Below, piece after piece: positions 41,871 to 51,982 of a DNA stretch of 64,000 nucleotides. This DNA is from Candidatus Bathyarchaeota archaeon. Lineage in GTDB: Archaea; Thermoproteota; Bathyarchaeia; Bathyarchaeales; Bathycorpusculaceae. The notes beneath the pieces are model-generated. The model searched no databases. It was not told the origin of the DNA and saw only the letters and a list, made by a program, of their open reading frames with translations. The stretch's first letter is position 1; the number at the start of each line of letters is the position of its first letter. The translations under genes were made by a program, and so were the position numbers. The stretch covers positions 1,152,001 through 1,216,000 of the forward strand of contig CAWGYA010000008.1 in the NCBI GenBank assembly GCA_963826715.1, given 5' to 3'.

Positions 41871-42758
41871 TTATGCAACAACGGCTATTTTTATTGCCTC
41901 TTTAGGATGGGTGAACATCCTCAGAGGACTTTGAAAGGCACCTGCCAAACATCCACAATTGGAACAATCTGCATTCTCTCCAAAACACCTTCTTTTGTTC
42001 CATGCGACATCAAAATGCAATACCTCATCTCCCCAGTAACATGTGCCCCTATGATCAGGATATTCATACCATTTAATCATCGGATTGGATAACAGAAGGC
42101 TTCTTGGGTATAATTCCTTCACTCGTTTTATTTCTTTAATAATAGAGGCTTTCGTTTCTTTTCTCACAACCATACAGGAACTACGTTCAGTTCCGCCTGC
42201 GCATATGTTGCAGACGACGCCATTGAATCCGTTTTCTTTCGCAATTTTTGTAGCATCCTCAAGCATGTGGTAATTGTCTTTTGTTATTGTCATATTGATA
42301 ACAACCCGTTTGTCACCTGAGTAGTTTTTAATCACTCTTGAAAAAACGCCGTTTCCTCTGATTGAATCGTTTGTTTCTTGAGTTCCGTCAACTGAAACAT
42401 ATAATCTATGGTTGAATTCTTCAGGGATCTTTATGGTTCCGTTGGTAATAACATAAACAAAAGGAAATATTCTGTCAGCCAGCATAAGAACATCAATCCT
42501 TAGTGCAGGCTCACCACCTACCAAAAGGATGCTTCTAATTCCGGAATTGTAGAGTTCAGCGAACCTTTTTTCCCAAACAGGCAGGGGTACCTCTTGTGTT
42601 TCAAAAAACTCTTTACCGTTGAAATGATAGCAATGTCTGCATCTAAGATTACAGTTATCCGTAACGTCAACTTCAGCAAAATGTTTCACTCCCAAAATAA
42701 CTCTTCTTAATTCAAGCCAAAGAAGAAATAGGAAAGTAATTGTTGCAGTTCTCTTCAT
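41871..42758 (-). CDS. Radical SAM protein
   Basis: CNLRCRHC, GGEP, TNG, SVDG; C-terminal cysteines. Confidence 0.9.
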   Translation of the reverse strand: MKRTATITFLFLLWLELRRVILGVKHFAEVDVTDNCNLRCRHCYHFNGKEFFETQEVPLPVWEKRFAELYNSGIRSILLVGGEPALRIDVLMLADRIFPFVYVITNGTIKIPEEFNHRLYVSVDGTQETNDSIRGNGVFSRVIKNYSGDKRVVINMTITKDNYHMLEDATKIAKENGFNGVVCNICAGGTERSSCMVVRKETKASIIKEIKRVKELYPRSLLLSNPMIKWYEYPDHRGTCYWGDEVLHFDVAWNKRRCFGENADCSNCGCLAGAFQSPLRMFTHPKEAIKIAVVA

Positions 42759-42791
42759 AGCGGAATTACAAAAAACATATTAATTAAATGT

Positions 42792-43220
42792 TCAGTGGAC
42801 TTTCTCCCTTATTTTTTGGGCATCTTGCTCTAACTCTTCTATGCTTCGTTGGCTTGAGTGATCATGAAAAGCGCCGTCATGACTATTTTGATTCCATGGC
42901 TGCATAGGGATAACATGTACATGCAAATGAAAAACTACCTGCCCCGCCGCTTCTCCGTTATTCTGCACAATTCTCACCCCTTCAGCAATCGCTGCGTTTC
43001 TAACTGCAAGTGTAACTCGCTTAACAATTCGAAATAGGTAAGCTATTTCGCCTTCGGGTATCTCATAGATGTTGGCATAGTGTTTTTTGGGGACTACTAA
43101 GGTATGTCCTTTATTAACTGGACGATTACTTAGGAAAGCCAACACCGCCTCATCCTCATAAACGAAGCTTGCAGGTGTCTCCTTGCGGATTATGCTACAA
43201 AACACGCAATTTTCAGACAT
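42792..43220 (-). CDS. HIT family nucleotide hydrolase
   Basis: CVFC, GHTLVVPK, HLHVH. Confidence 0.95.
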   Translation of the reverse strand: MSENCVFCSIIRKETPASFVYEDEAVLAFLSNRPVNKGHTLVVPKKHYANIYEIPEGEIAYLFRIVKRVTLAVRNAAIAEGVRIVQNNGEAAGQVVFHLHVHVIPMQPWNQNSHDGAFHDHSSQRSIEELEQDAQKIREKVH

Positions 43221-43291
43221 TGGCTTTCATACCTTTCAGCAGTTTTTGGTAGGGTAGAGTTTAATAGAATTCACAGGGTCAATAATACTTT

Positions 43292-44314
43292 ATGGAAACC
43301 CAAGTTGACGACATAGGAAGCTTCCCCCTGCCGACTGGAGTAACAAGAGATGAATATGCTCATGCCTACGAGCAGGCGCGCGAGCTAATAGGGAAGGGTG
43401 AGGACCCCTTTAAAGACGAGTTTGTTGAGAAAACCTTCTGTAATACTGTTGTGAGTTCTTTTAAGGTTAAACTTGCATGTGGTGTGGATGTTCCTAACTT
43501 TCCGCAGCACTTTAGCGGAATGAGACAAATAGGCGATCTTATTCACAGCGCTATGGAGAAAGGCTCCTTTGTTGTTGACCAAGACAAGGCGTTTCTCCCC
43601 GAAGTCTACGTTTTAAAACATGAGGCTAAACGCCTATCTGAAGAATTGGGCAGAAAAATACTATTACGTGTCTCCCTTTTTGGTCCCATTGAACAGTACC
43701 TAAACGAAGTCGGTGCCACAGCATATCCCGATGTGCTCGATGGGTTTGCAAAAACTATTAACCGTTTTGCCAAAAACAGTGTTTTAAACAGCAAATATAT
43801 CGAGACTAAAGTAGTGTCAATCGATGAACCCAGTCTTGGGCATAGCTCTTTTACAGGTACACCAGAGCAGTTAAGGGAAACCCTTGAACAAACCTATGAT
43901 TTTGTTGTTCCAACAAAACAAATTCATCTACACTTCGTTTCGAGCATTTATGACTTGTTGCCGGTGAATGGTTTGGATGTTCTCTCATTCGAATACGCAG
44001 CTTCTCCCAAAAATATTGATGCTGTATCAAAAACCATGCTAGAAGGTGCAGATAAACAAATACGAGTGGGTATTGCCCGCACTGATATAGACGCAATCTG
44101 GGCTGAACAATATGAAAAGGGAAATGTTCAGCCATCAAGCGAGCAACTTGTGGAGTCAGAGGATGTGATGAGGAAGCGTTACTTGTTTGCAAAAGAAAAG
44201 TATGGTGAGCGGATGACGTTTACAGGTCCTGATTGCGGTTTAGGAAGTTGGCCCAGTCAAGACGCGGCAGCACTGGTTTTGAAGCGCTCTGTTGAAGCAA
44301 CCAAAAAATCCTAA
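43292..44314 (+). CDS. Core (MetE C-terminal-like) methionine synthase, probably folate-independent MesC-type
   Basis: DDIGSFP, IDEPS, IHLH, FE, PDCGL; no N-terminal folate-binding barrel. Confidence 0.65.
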   Translation: METQVDDIGSFPLPTGVTRDEYAHAYEQARELIGKGEDPFKDEFVEKTFCNTVVSSFKVKLACGVDVPNFPQHFSGMRQIGDLIHSAMEKGSFVVDQDKAFLPEVYVLKHEAKRLSEELGRKILLRVSLFGPIEQYLNEVGATAYPDVLDGFAKTINRFAKNSVLNSKYIETKVVSIDEPSLGHSSFTGTPEQLRETLEQTYDFVVPTKQIHLHFVSSIYDLLPVNGLDVLSFEYAASPKNIDAVSKTMLEGADKQIRVGIARTDIDAIWAEQYEKGNVQPSSEQLVESEDVMRKRYLFAKEKYGERMTFTGPDCGLGSWPSQDAAALVLKRSVEATKKS

Positions 44315-44322
44315 AGGTATTT

Positions 44323-45954
44323 TTAGTCTTTTTGTTCGGCAATCCAAGTCATTAACTCTTCAGACAACTCATCTCTTTCAGTGACCACTTCGATTAGAGT
44401 GTAGCACTGTTGTTTTTGAGCATCTTGCAGAGCAAGGTAAAGTTGCTCGCAACTTTCACATCGATAGCCTTTGCCGCCCCAAAGCTCCGCCAGTTGTGCA
44501 TAAGGCCAATCTACCAGCTCGTTAAAATGGGCCGAGGGATAGAACAGTTGTTCCATGCCCCAGCGTCGATTATTAATGACAATGAATATTGGGTTTATTT
44601 TATATCGGAGGCAGTGGCAGATTTCTTGTCCCGTCATCTGAAAGCAACCATCTCCAACTATAACCAACGGACGTTTATGGGTTGAAAGGGCATATCCGAT
44701 AGATGCTGGAACTGCAAATCCCATTGTTCCATAGAAGGAAGGCGCTAGAACGGTGGAAGTTTTTATGTTGATGGAGGCAAAGAGCGAGTCGCCGGTGTCC
44801 GTGATTAATGGCATCTCGCCGTATTTATCAAAGAGCCAGTTTACTGAATCAATGACTTCTCCTATCACAATTGGTGAGGGAATTAACTTACAAGTTCGAT
44901 TTACTTTCAATGGTGCTTTTGTTGGAAAAACCCAATCTTTCCTTTTCAATATAGCATTATCAAGTTTATCAATCAACGCTGCAAGAGGTACATTCGGAAT
45001 AACATGTCCATCCCAGTTAACTTCCCGGTTAAAGCACCAGATGATTTCGCCTTTTTTGGTAGCAGCTAAGGTAGCTCCCAAATTTACATCCGAGAGCATT
45101 TCACCCAAAATCAAAATTAAATCAGATTTAGCCACAAGTTTCTTTGCTGCAGGGTTACCAGCAACGCCTAAATATAGCCCAAAATAGTTGGGGTCATCTA
45201 TTGGGGGTAGGTGATCACGTGATAGCATAGTTGAAACGACTGGGATGTTTAGCTTTTTTGAAAGCTTGAATATTTGCGGCTTGAGATTAAAGCGGTCGGA
45301 TTCAACGCCTATCATGAATACAGGTTTTTCGGCTGCTTCTATTCTCTTGCATATTACTTCAGTAGCTTGTTTTAGGTTCTCTGTGTCATTAGGTAAAGTC
45401 GAATATGAAACCTTGTTAAGCTCGATTTTTTGATTACCTATGTCGGATGGCAGCTCAATGTAAACAGGTAGCATGGTTTCTTTGCAGACCGCTAAGGCTT
45501 GAGTGATTTTTGTTGCCGCTGATTTGGGGTCATCTATGAGCGCAGCTTGGGCAGTAATTTGTCCAATGGCCTCAAACAGGGAACCACAGCTTTTGATAGT
45601 GTGGTGTAAAAAGAAATCGTTTGAGCGGGCACTCATAGGTGGACCGCCTGCAACCACTACGAGAGGTGTTCTCTCTGCGTAGGCACATGCCACAGCATTG
45701 AGCATATTCAAAACACCTGGACCATAAGTTACCACTGCAATCGAAGGTTTTCTTAATGCTCTCGCCTCTGCCACTGCAGCAAAGCCAACACCTTGTTCAT
45801 GGGAAAAAGTGCAAAGCTCCAATCCTGAATCGTCTTCTATAAGTTTGAAAAATTTTATTACAAAATCGCCGGGAATCCCATAAACGCGGCTAACGCCCAA
45901 ACTTTTTAACTGCGAAAGAAGATATTCCCCGACGGTTATGGAATTTTCCAACAT
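44323..45954 (-). CDS. TPP-dependent indolepyruvate/phenylpyruvate decarboxylase
   Basis: YGIPGDF, HE, LHH, GDGCFQMTGQE...NN. Confidence 0.88.
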   Translation of the reverse strand: MLENSITVGEYLLSQLKSLGVSRVYGIPGDFVIKFFKLIEDDSGLELCTFSHEQGVGFAAVAEARALRKPSIAVVTYGPGVLNMLNAVACAYAERTPLVVVAGGPPMSARSNDFFLHHTIKSCGSLFEAIGQITAQAALIDDPKSAATKITQALAVCKETMLPVYIELPSDIGNQKIELNKVSYSTLPNDTENLKQATEVICKRIEAAEKPVFMIGVESDRFNLKPQIFKLSKKLNIPVVSTMLSRDHLPPIDDPNYFGLYLGVAGNPAAKKLVAKSDLILILGEMLSDVNLGATLAATKKGEIIWCFNREVNWDGHVIPNVPLAALIDKLDNAILKRKDWVFPTKAPLKVNRTCKLIPSPIVIGEVIDSVNWLFDKYGEMPLITDTGDSLFASINIKTSTVLAPSFYGTMGFAVPASIGYALSTHKRPLVIVGDGCFQMTGQEICHCLRYKINPIFIVINNRRWGMEQLFYPSAHFNELVDWPYAQLAELWGGKGYRCESCEQLYLALQDAQKQQCYTLIEVVTERDELSEELMTWIAEQKD

Positions 45955-46044
45955 AACTATGTCATTAGATTTTTGTTCAGCGCTGATTTAAAGTTTGACC
46001 AAAAAATAGGGGGGAATAGTTAAGAGTTAATCCGTTTGGCAGGG

Positions 46045-46908
46045 TTATTCTTCAGGTTCCTCAGGCTGAGAGACTTCAGGTTTTGGCACGCTTTTCTTTA
46101 CGGCTTTCTCAGCGGGATGCCCTTTTGGTAACTCTTTAAATCCATATGTTCCGATTGGCGGCCAACCTGCTTCGGGCATTGAGGCGGGAACAAGCATTAT
46201 TGTGTTTGTCCCTGCTTGTTGTCCTAACTCATAGAGGATGTTCATCCATCTAAGCCGAAGCCCCTCATTGCTGCTCTCATAGTTTTTGGCAGCTTCAATC
46301 ATCTTTTGTGAAGCTTCAAACTCTGCAGTTGCTAGTGTAACTCGTGCAATACGTTCTCGTTCTGCTTGCGCTTGGCGACTCATTGCATCTTGCAGACTGC
46401 CAGGGATGATGACGTCACGAACTTCCACGGCGGTGGCTTTGATTCCCCATGCCTCGGTTTTTTCGTCGATAATTTCCCGGAGGTGCGCGCCGACTTTTTC
46501 GCGTTCAGCGAGTAAGTCGTTGAGGCTTACTTTACCGATGACTTCTCGGAGTGTAGTCTGTGCTGCTAGCTGGGTTGCTTGGTAGTAGTTTTCTACTTGG
46601 AGAACTGCCTTTTCTAGGTCTACGGGTTTCATGTACATTACTGAGTCAACATTTACGGGGACATTGTCTTTAGTGAGAGTGGATTCGGTGCGGAATTGGA
46701 TGGTGTCTATTCGAGTTGAGATTCTGATGGGTGATCGGTCAATTAGAGGAACAAGATATGCTACGCCTGGTCCTCTTAAACCGATATATCGCCCCAGGCG
46801 TAGTACAGGCATACGTTCCCATTCTTTGAGTACACGGATTCCGCTTAAGAAGAAAATTGCAACTAAAACAGCTACAAATGCTAAAATTGGAGTCAATAAA
46901 TCAACCAT
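46045..46908 (-). CDS. SPFH/stomatin-like (slipin) protein
   Basis: TLTKDNVPV, LAAQTTLREVIG, QAQAERE. Confidence 0.92.
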   Translation of the reverse strand: MVDLLTPILAFVAVLVAIFFLSGIRVLKEWERMPVLRLGRYIGLRGPGVAYLVPLIDRSPIRISTRIDTIQFRTESTLTKDNVPVNVDSVMYMKPVDLEKAVLQVENYYQATQLAAQTTLREVIGKVSLNDLLAEREKVGAHLREIIDEKTEAWGIKATAVEVRDVIIPGSLQDAMSRQAQAERERIARVTLATAEFEASQKMIEAAKNYESSNEGLRLRWMNILYELGQQAGTNTIMLVPASMPEAGWPPIGTYGFKELPKGHPAEKAVKKSVPKPEVSQPEEPEE

Positions 46909-46948
46909 TTAGTCTAACCCTCAAATAGATAGTCTATTCTTTAGAGAG

Positions 46949-47341
46949 TTAAGCTTTTTGTTCGGTTGATTTAACTAATAGGAACATGCCTTCCATTCCT
47001 GTGACTTCAACTTCTGTTCCAGCAGCTATGATGTCACCTTTGGTCTTGGCTTGCCAGAATTCTCCTAAAACCCTTACTTCCCCTGTTGGAGAAATTTCAT
47101 TTGTTACAACTCCTTGGGCGCCAATTAAGGCTTCTTTGCCTGTTTTAATGCGCCTAAACTGTGCTTTAATACCTGTATAGAATAGCCACGCTACAATCCC
47201 CGCCACAACCAAGAGCACAATTCCCACGGCGATTGCTGTCTCGAAGGTTATTCCTAACGCAATGCCTAAGCTGGCACTTATGATAAGGGTGCCTGCGACA
47301 ACGACCAATATTCCCGCAACAAGACCGAGCCATGTGTGCAT
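46949..47341 (-). CDS. Short NfeD-family protein (TM + OB fold, no protease domain)
   Basis: TGKEALIG...GEVRVLGEFWQA; adjacent to stomatin. Confidence 0.85.
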   Translation of the reverse strand: MHTWLGLVAGILVVVAGTLIISASLGIALGITFETAIAVGIVLLVVAGIVAWLFYTGIKAQFRRIKTGKEALIGAQGVVTNEISPTGEVRVLGEFWQAKTKGDIIAAGTEVEVTGMEGMFLLVKSTEQKA

Positions 47342-47467
47342 CCAAAGCCCTCGTCAATTGATAGGTTGATTTTACTTATAAATTATCTTAGAAACATATC
47401 CAAGGTGATAATGCAATCCAAAAGTCCAATGCTAAATATTCGAGAAAAAAAAGAAGTTGATTTTGGT

Positions 47468-47611
47468 TTAGTTCCATCGTTTATCTAAAAATAATCGTGG
47501 CGATGAGTCGTTTACACTGCTAAATTGAGGTACGATCGAAGGTCGTTTGCGTAGCGGTGGAGCTGGCATCGGGGCAGGTGGGTCAATCTCCAAAGGTATT
47601 TTGTTTATCAA
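47468..47611 (-). CDS. 47-aa proline-rich peptide; not in ORF track
   Basis: TTG start overlaps the TGA of the protease gene (TTGA); MINKIPLEIDPPAPMPAPPLRKRPSIVPQFSSVNDSSPRLFLDKRWN*. Confidence 0.45.
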   Translation of the reverse strand: MINKIPLEIDPPAPMPAPPLRKRPSIVPQFSSVNDSSPRLFLDKRWN

Positions 47612-48567
47612 TCTTCTTCGTCTCCATGGGTGACTGGGATTATCGTTGTTTCGATGAGGGTTTCTCTTCGGATGATTTTTACTTTGATTGGTTTACCTAT
47701 AACATCATCAGCCAGTAACCTTGGTAGGTCATAGAAATCGGTGACGGGTTTGTCGTTGAACTTCACCAGGACATCACCCATGGCTAAGCCTGCTTTGCGT
47801 GATGGGGAACCTGCTTCGACGCTGAAAATCATTACTCCCGTTTCCTGCTCCAAGCCCGCGGTCTCTGTGATTTCTTCTGGGATGGCGACGGTATTGGCGA
47901 CTATGCCTAAGTAGCCTTTCTCTGCGTGCCTGCCAGTCATGAGTCGGTCAGCGATGCTTTTAACTTTGTTTACTGGTATTGCAATGCCACGTTGCCAAAC
48001 ATAGGCTGTGTTTATTCCGATGAGTTTTCCTTCTACGTCAACGAGTGGTCCACCGCTAAAGCCTGGATTGAGTTGCGCGTCGGTTGCGATGACACTTTCC
48101 ATTGCTGTGGCGCCCCGCCAACCTCGAATGGTACTGTTTACACTTGTGATCATGCCGCTGGTGGCGGTTGGTTGACTTCTGTTAAACGGATTTGCGAGAG
48201 CTAAAGCGTACTGACCAACGGATAGTTTTTCAGAATCCGCTGTACCAATGGGTGTGAATTCTCCTCCCTCTGCTTTGAGGAGAGCTATATCGTTGTAGGG
48301 GTCAGTGCCTACGATTTTAGCGTTTGAGGTTTTTTCGCCTTGACCGATTTTGACGCTACCGCATCCTGCAAGTACATGGTTGCATGTGACTATGTATCCA
48401 TCGCGGGTAAGGACGACGCCTGTGCCTCTTGACATCTGCGCTTTTATGCTTACTACAGATTTCGAGGTTTTCTTTATTAAAGCGCTAGTTGCTTCTGAAA
48501 GTGATTTGAGGACTTCTACGGAATTTACTAGTTGAGACATATTTTTCACTGAAAAACAATACATCAA
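47608..48567 (-). CDS. HtrA/DegP-like trypsin protease with one PDZ domain, no signal peptide
   Basis: Triad VTCNHV, DIALLK, PGFSGGP; PDZ YLGI...GSPS...GDV. Confidence 0.9.
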   Translation of the reverse strand: MMYCFSVKNMSQLVNSVEVLKSLSEATSALIKKTSKSVVSIKAQMSRGTGVVLTRDGYIVTCNHVLAGCGSVKIGQGEKTSNAKIVGTDPYNDIALLKAEGGEFTPIGTADSEKLSVGQYALALANPFNRSQPTATSGMITSVNSTIRGWRGATAMESVIATDAQLNPGFSGGPLVDVEGKLIGINTAYVWQRGIAIPVNKVKSIADRLMTGRHAEKGYLGIVANTVAIPEEITETAGLEQETGVMIFSVEAGSPSRKAGLAMGDVLVKFNDKPVTDFYDLPRLLADDVIGKPIKVKIIRRETLIETTIIPVTHGDEED

Positions 48568-48689
48568 AAGGATATTTGTTGACTAAGGATACTGCAAAGT
48601 TAGTCACAAACTCTTGTTTTTAAGTTTACCTTGCACTCGGGTTAACTAAAGTAAAAAAAGGTATTAGCTGATCTTTTGGATAAATAGGT

Positions 48690-49775
48690 TTAACTTAATA
48701 CAGATTCAACGTTCAAGTTAAGTACAACCTCTGAGATGTCGGCTGCGTACTCTCCGATCCGACGAATACTCTCAATGATCAACCGTAAATAAACGATTTC
48801 TTCTACCTTAGCGTTGGGCAAGTGCAGCACTGCTTCTTTTTCAATCTTGTGTGCTTGGCTCAGCTTTTCAATCACCGATTCAGCTATGTTAAAATCATGC
48901 TTAAAGAGTGCCTCCATAGAGCTTTCAAACATTGAATTCGCTAAAGTACTGAGGTCACTGATTTTCTCAAGAAGTTTCTCCTCTACGGGCTCCTTAAGAA
49001 GAAGAGTATTCTCGGCAATTTTAGTAGCATGGTCAGCAGTGCGCTCAACTGCTTTGGCAATTAAGCGGTAGCCCAGGCACTCTTTTTGATTGCCCAACCC
49101 GATTTCCTTAACAACTCTTTGATTAGAGACTGCTAGCTTCAAAAGTCGGACTATATAAAGTCCGAATCGGTTGACTTCGCGATCAGTTTCAATTACTCCT
49201 TTGGCGCTGCTATAATCAAGTTTTCTAAGTGCCGCGAGGGTTTCTTTATGCATAGATGAGCCAATAATGGACATACGGCTTAGTGCGTTTTGGACAGTGA
49301 GTTCAGGGTAGTTAAGCAGAACCTGCAGGGTTAGTTCGGTGGGTGTGTCAATAACAATTTCTGTGCCAACTAAATAATGGCGGGCGAAATGTTTAAGGTA
49401 ATTGCGAAGTTTTGATGATAGAACCCTTTGTCCTTGTGCGCGGATGCGTAAAATGTTATAACCGTTTAGGTATGCCGAGATGGCGGTTCGCATAATACTA
49501 TCAGGGTTATCGGTTAAACCGACTTTGATGAAAGCTTCATCTTTTTTTCCTTTTTTAAGAAAACTTGATGGCGCTATTGATAGAGAGCCATCGTCTTCTT
49601 CTCGAACCAGCATACTACTTCCACGTTTCAACTCGTTCTTAGTTGCCCATTCTTTTGGGATAGATATAATGAAGGTTGAGCCGCCTGTTACCTGTAGTTT
49701 ACGTTGTTCCTCGTTTAGTTTTTGGGACTCTTTAGTCAACGTTGACTCCAAGTTATTGTTATAGCCTATTTTCAT
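48690..49775 (-). CDS. AbrB-PhoU phosphate regulator
   Basis: N-terminal RKLQVTGGSTFIISIPKEW; two PhoU repeats (ERTADH, RRIGEY); divergent from pstS. Confidence 0.9.
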   Translation of the reverse strand: MKIGYNNNLESTLTKESQKLNEEQRKLQVTGGSTFIISIPKEWATKNELKRGSSMLVREEDDGSLSIAPSSFLKKGKKDEAFIKVGLTDNPDSIMRTAISAYLNGYNILRIRAQGQRVLSSKLRNYLKHFARHYLVGTEIVIDTPTELTLQVLLNYPELTVQNALSRMSIIGSSMHKETLAALRKLDYSSAKGVIETDREVNRFGLYIVRLLKLAVSNQRVVKEIGLGNQKECLGYRLIAKAVERTADHATKIAENTLLLKEPVEEKLLEKISDLSTLANSMFESSMEALFKHDFNIAESVIEKLSQAHKIEKEAVLHLPNAKVEEIVYLRLIIESIRRIGEYAADISEVVLNLNVESVLS

Positions 49776-49789
49776 TATATTAGTTATAT

Positions 49790-49802
49790 CTATATAGACT
49801 AT
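49790..49802. promoter_or_regulatory. Putative Pho box 1
   Basis: CTATATAGACTAT, exact reverse complement of 61888-61900. Confidence 0.5.
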
Positions 49803-49838
49803 AAATTTTATGGAGATTTACTATATAACAGATCAACC

Positions 49839-50975
49839 TTGCATATTAAATCAAATAGAGGAAGAAAAAATATGAATACTAAATATACAATAATAATTGC
49901 AATAGTTGCAATAGCCATAATCGCAGGTTCAGTAATTGCATACACTTACCTTTCATCCCCATCAGCAGAAGCTATGGTGTTAATCAATGGATCAGGCGCA
50001 ACCTTTCCGCAACCCTTCCTAAGTTCCGCAATCAATGAATATTCCACAATAAAACCTAACGTGCAAATCAACTATCAAGGTGGAGGAAGCGGCAAAGGTG
50101 TCAGTGACCTGACAAACAAGGTTGTCGACTTCGCATGCTCCGATGCGCCATTATCTGATTCACAGAGATCTGCAGCAGCCAACGTAGTTCACATCCCAGA
50201 AACAATCGGCGCAATCACCGTGGCCTACAATCTACCAGGAATTGACACCGGTCTCAAACTAACTGGTCCAATAATAGCTGACATCTTTTTAGGGACCATA
50301 ACTTCATGGAACGACCCAGCAATCACAGCAATAAACACTGGTGTGACACTACCCAACCATCAGATAGCGGTTGTCCACCGATCAGATGGTTCTGGAACAA
50401 CCAACTGGTTCACAAAATATCTCTCAATAGTAAGTGACACTTGGAAGAGTGAGGTTGGAGCTAACACTACAGTTCAGTGGCCGGTTGGAACAGGTCAAAG
50501 CGGCAACTCTGCAGTTGCAGCAACAGTCACCTCAACAAACTATGCAATCGGCTACATTGAACTAGCTTATGCTCTACAAAATTCTGTTCCAGTTGCAGCA
50601 ATCCAAAACCCTGCAGGCAACTATATTCTTCCATCACTTGAATCTACAACCGCAGCAGCACAGTCTTTGCCAACTCCACTTCCAACTGGAAGTGAAAGTT
50701 GGTCAAACGTTGCCATACTCAACACAAATGGCGACAATGCATACCCAATTGTTACCCCAACCTACATGCTCGTCTACAAAGACCTCAGCTCAGTTACAGA
50801 CATGACTATAGAGAAAGCAACAGCAATCGTTCAATACATCTGGTATGTGGTACATGACGGTCAGCAACTCGCCCCCCATCTAGAATATGCCGCACTGCCC
50901 ACGAATCTAGTTCAAATCAACGAAGCAACATTGAACTCTATAACTTTCAACGGCCAAGCTATTCCCACACACTAA
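49839..50975 (+). CDS. pstS: Phosphate ABC transporter substrate-binding protein (likely ATG 49872)
   Basis: GSGATFP, GGGSGKG, DFACSD, RSDGSGTT. Confidence 0.95.
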   Translation: MHIKSNRGRKNMNTKYTIIIAIVAIAIIAGSVIAYTYLSSPSAEAMVLINGSGATFPQPFLSSAINEYSTIKPNVQINYQGGGSGKGVSDLTNKVVDFACSDAPLSDSQRSAAANVVHIPETIGAITVAYNLPGIDTGLKLTGPIIADIFLGTITSWNDPAITAINTGVTLPNHQIAVVHRSDGSGTTNWFTKYLSIVSDTWKSEVGANTTVQWPVGTGQSGNSAVAATVTSTNYAIGYIELAYALQNSVPVAAIQNPAGNYILPSLESTTAAAQSLPTPLPTGSESWSNVAILNTNGDNAYPIVTPTYMLVYKDLSSVTDMTIEKATAIVQYIWYVVHDGQQLAPHLEYAALPTNLVQINEATLNSITFNGQAIPTH

Positions 50976-51049
50976 ATCAAGATGAGGTATTGGCTATTTT
51001 CTCCCTTAATTTTTTTTTCCTTAGTAATTTTTAATTCGGACAGATTAGC

Positions 51050-51982
51050 ATGAATAAGCTAACCGGCGATAATATCTTTAAAATCTTGGTTGCAGTAATC
51101 GCAGCCTCAGCCGGTGTTATCTTCATACTCAATACGTACATCCTTGTTACTGGTTCATCTGAAGCTTTAGGCACATTAAAATTCGGCTTTATTTTCGGGG
51201 TAAACTGGAATCCTGGAATAGCTTCTTTTGGCGTAATGCCCTACATCCTTGGAACATTAATCACTTCAGGTCTTGCCTTGCTGATAGGTGTACCCCTAAG
51301 TTTAGGTATAGCAATCTTCATTGTTGAAATGGCTCCTCGCGCCGTAAGGATTCCCTTCTCATATCTTGTGGAAATGCTTGCAGCCGTTCCCAGCGTAATA
51401 TACGGTCTTTGGGGTCTGTTTGTTCTTCGATTCTTTGTTTTAAATTACATTGAGATACCACTAAACACGTATTTGGGATGGATTCCTATTTTCAGCGGAA
51501 CCCCATTTGGCTTAGATTACTTCACTGCAGGATTAATTCTGTCCATAATGATTATTCCAACAGTGGCTTCTGTCTCCAGAGAAGTAATCAGCGCCGTCCC
51601 AGATTCAATTAGAGAAGGCGCTTACAGTATCGGGGCAACAAAATGGGAAGTTATACGTCACTGGGTTATTAGTTACGGGCGCTCCGGCATTTTTGGAGCA
51701 ATAATTCTCGGTTTAGGAAGAGCCGTGGGCGAAACTATGGCAGTTACCATGGTTATAGGTAATGCGACAGGTCCACGAGCTATGCCAGTTTCACTTTTTC
51801 AGCCAGGTCAAACTTTACCGTCGTTGATCGCCAACGGGTTTTTTGATTCCCAATCACCACTTGAGGGCTCAGCATATATAGGAGCGGGATTGGTTTTGCT
51901 TTTAATTAGCTTACTCATAAACGTCATAGCTCATGTTATGGTTACTCGGGTTCTGAAAGTTAAAGGGGGCGCAGTAGAGTAA
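51050..51982 (+). CDS. pstC: Phosphate ABC transporter permease
   Basis: LAAVPSVIYGLWG, GRAVGETMAV. Confidence 0.93.
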   Translation: MNKLTGDNIFKILVAVIAASAGVIFILNTYILVTGSSEALGTLKFGFIFGVNWNPGIASFGVMPYILGTLITSGLALLIGVPLSLGIAIFIVEMAPRAVRIPFSYLVEMLAAVPSVIYGLWGLFVLRFFVLNYIEIPLNTYLGWIPIFSGTPFGLDYFTAGLILSIMIIPTVASVSREVISAVPDSIREGAYSIGATKWEVIRHWVISYGRSGIFGAIILGLGRAVGETMAVTMVIGNATGPRAMPVSLFQPGQTLPSLIANGFFDSQSPLEGSAYIGAGLVLLLISLLINVIAHVMVTRVLKVKGGAVE

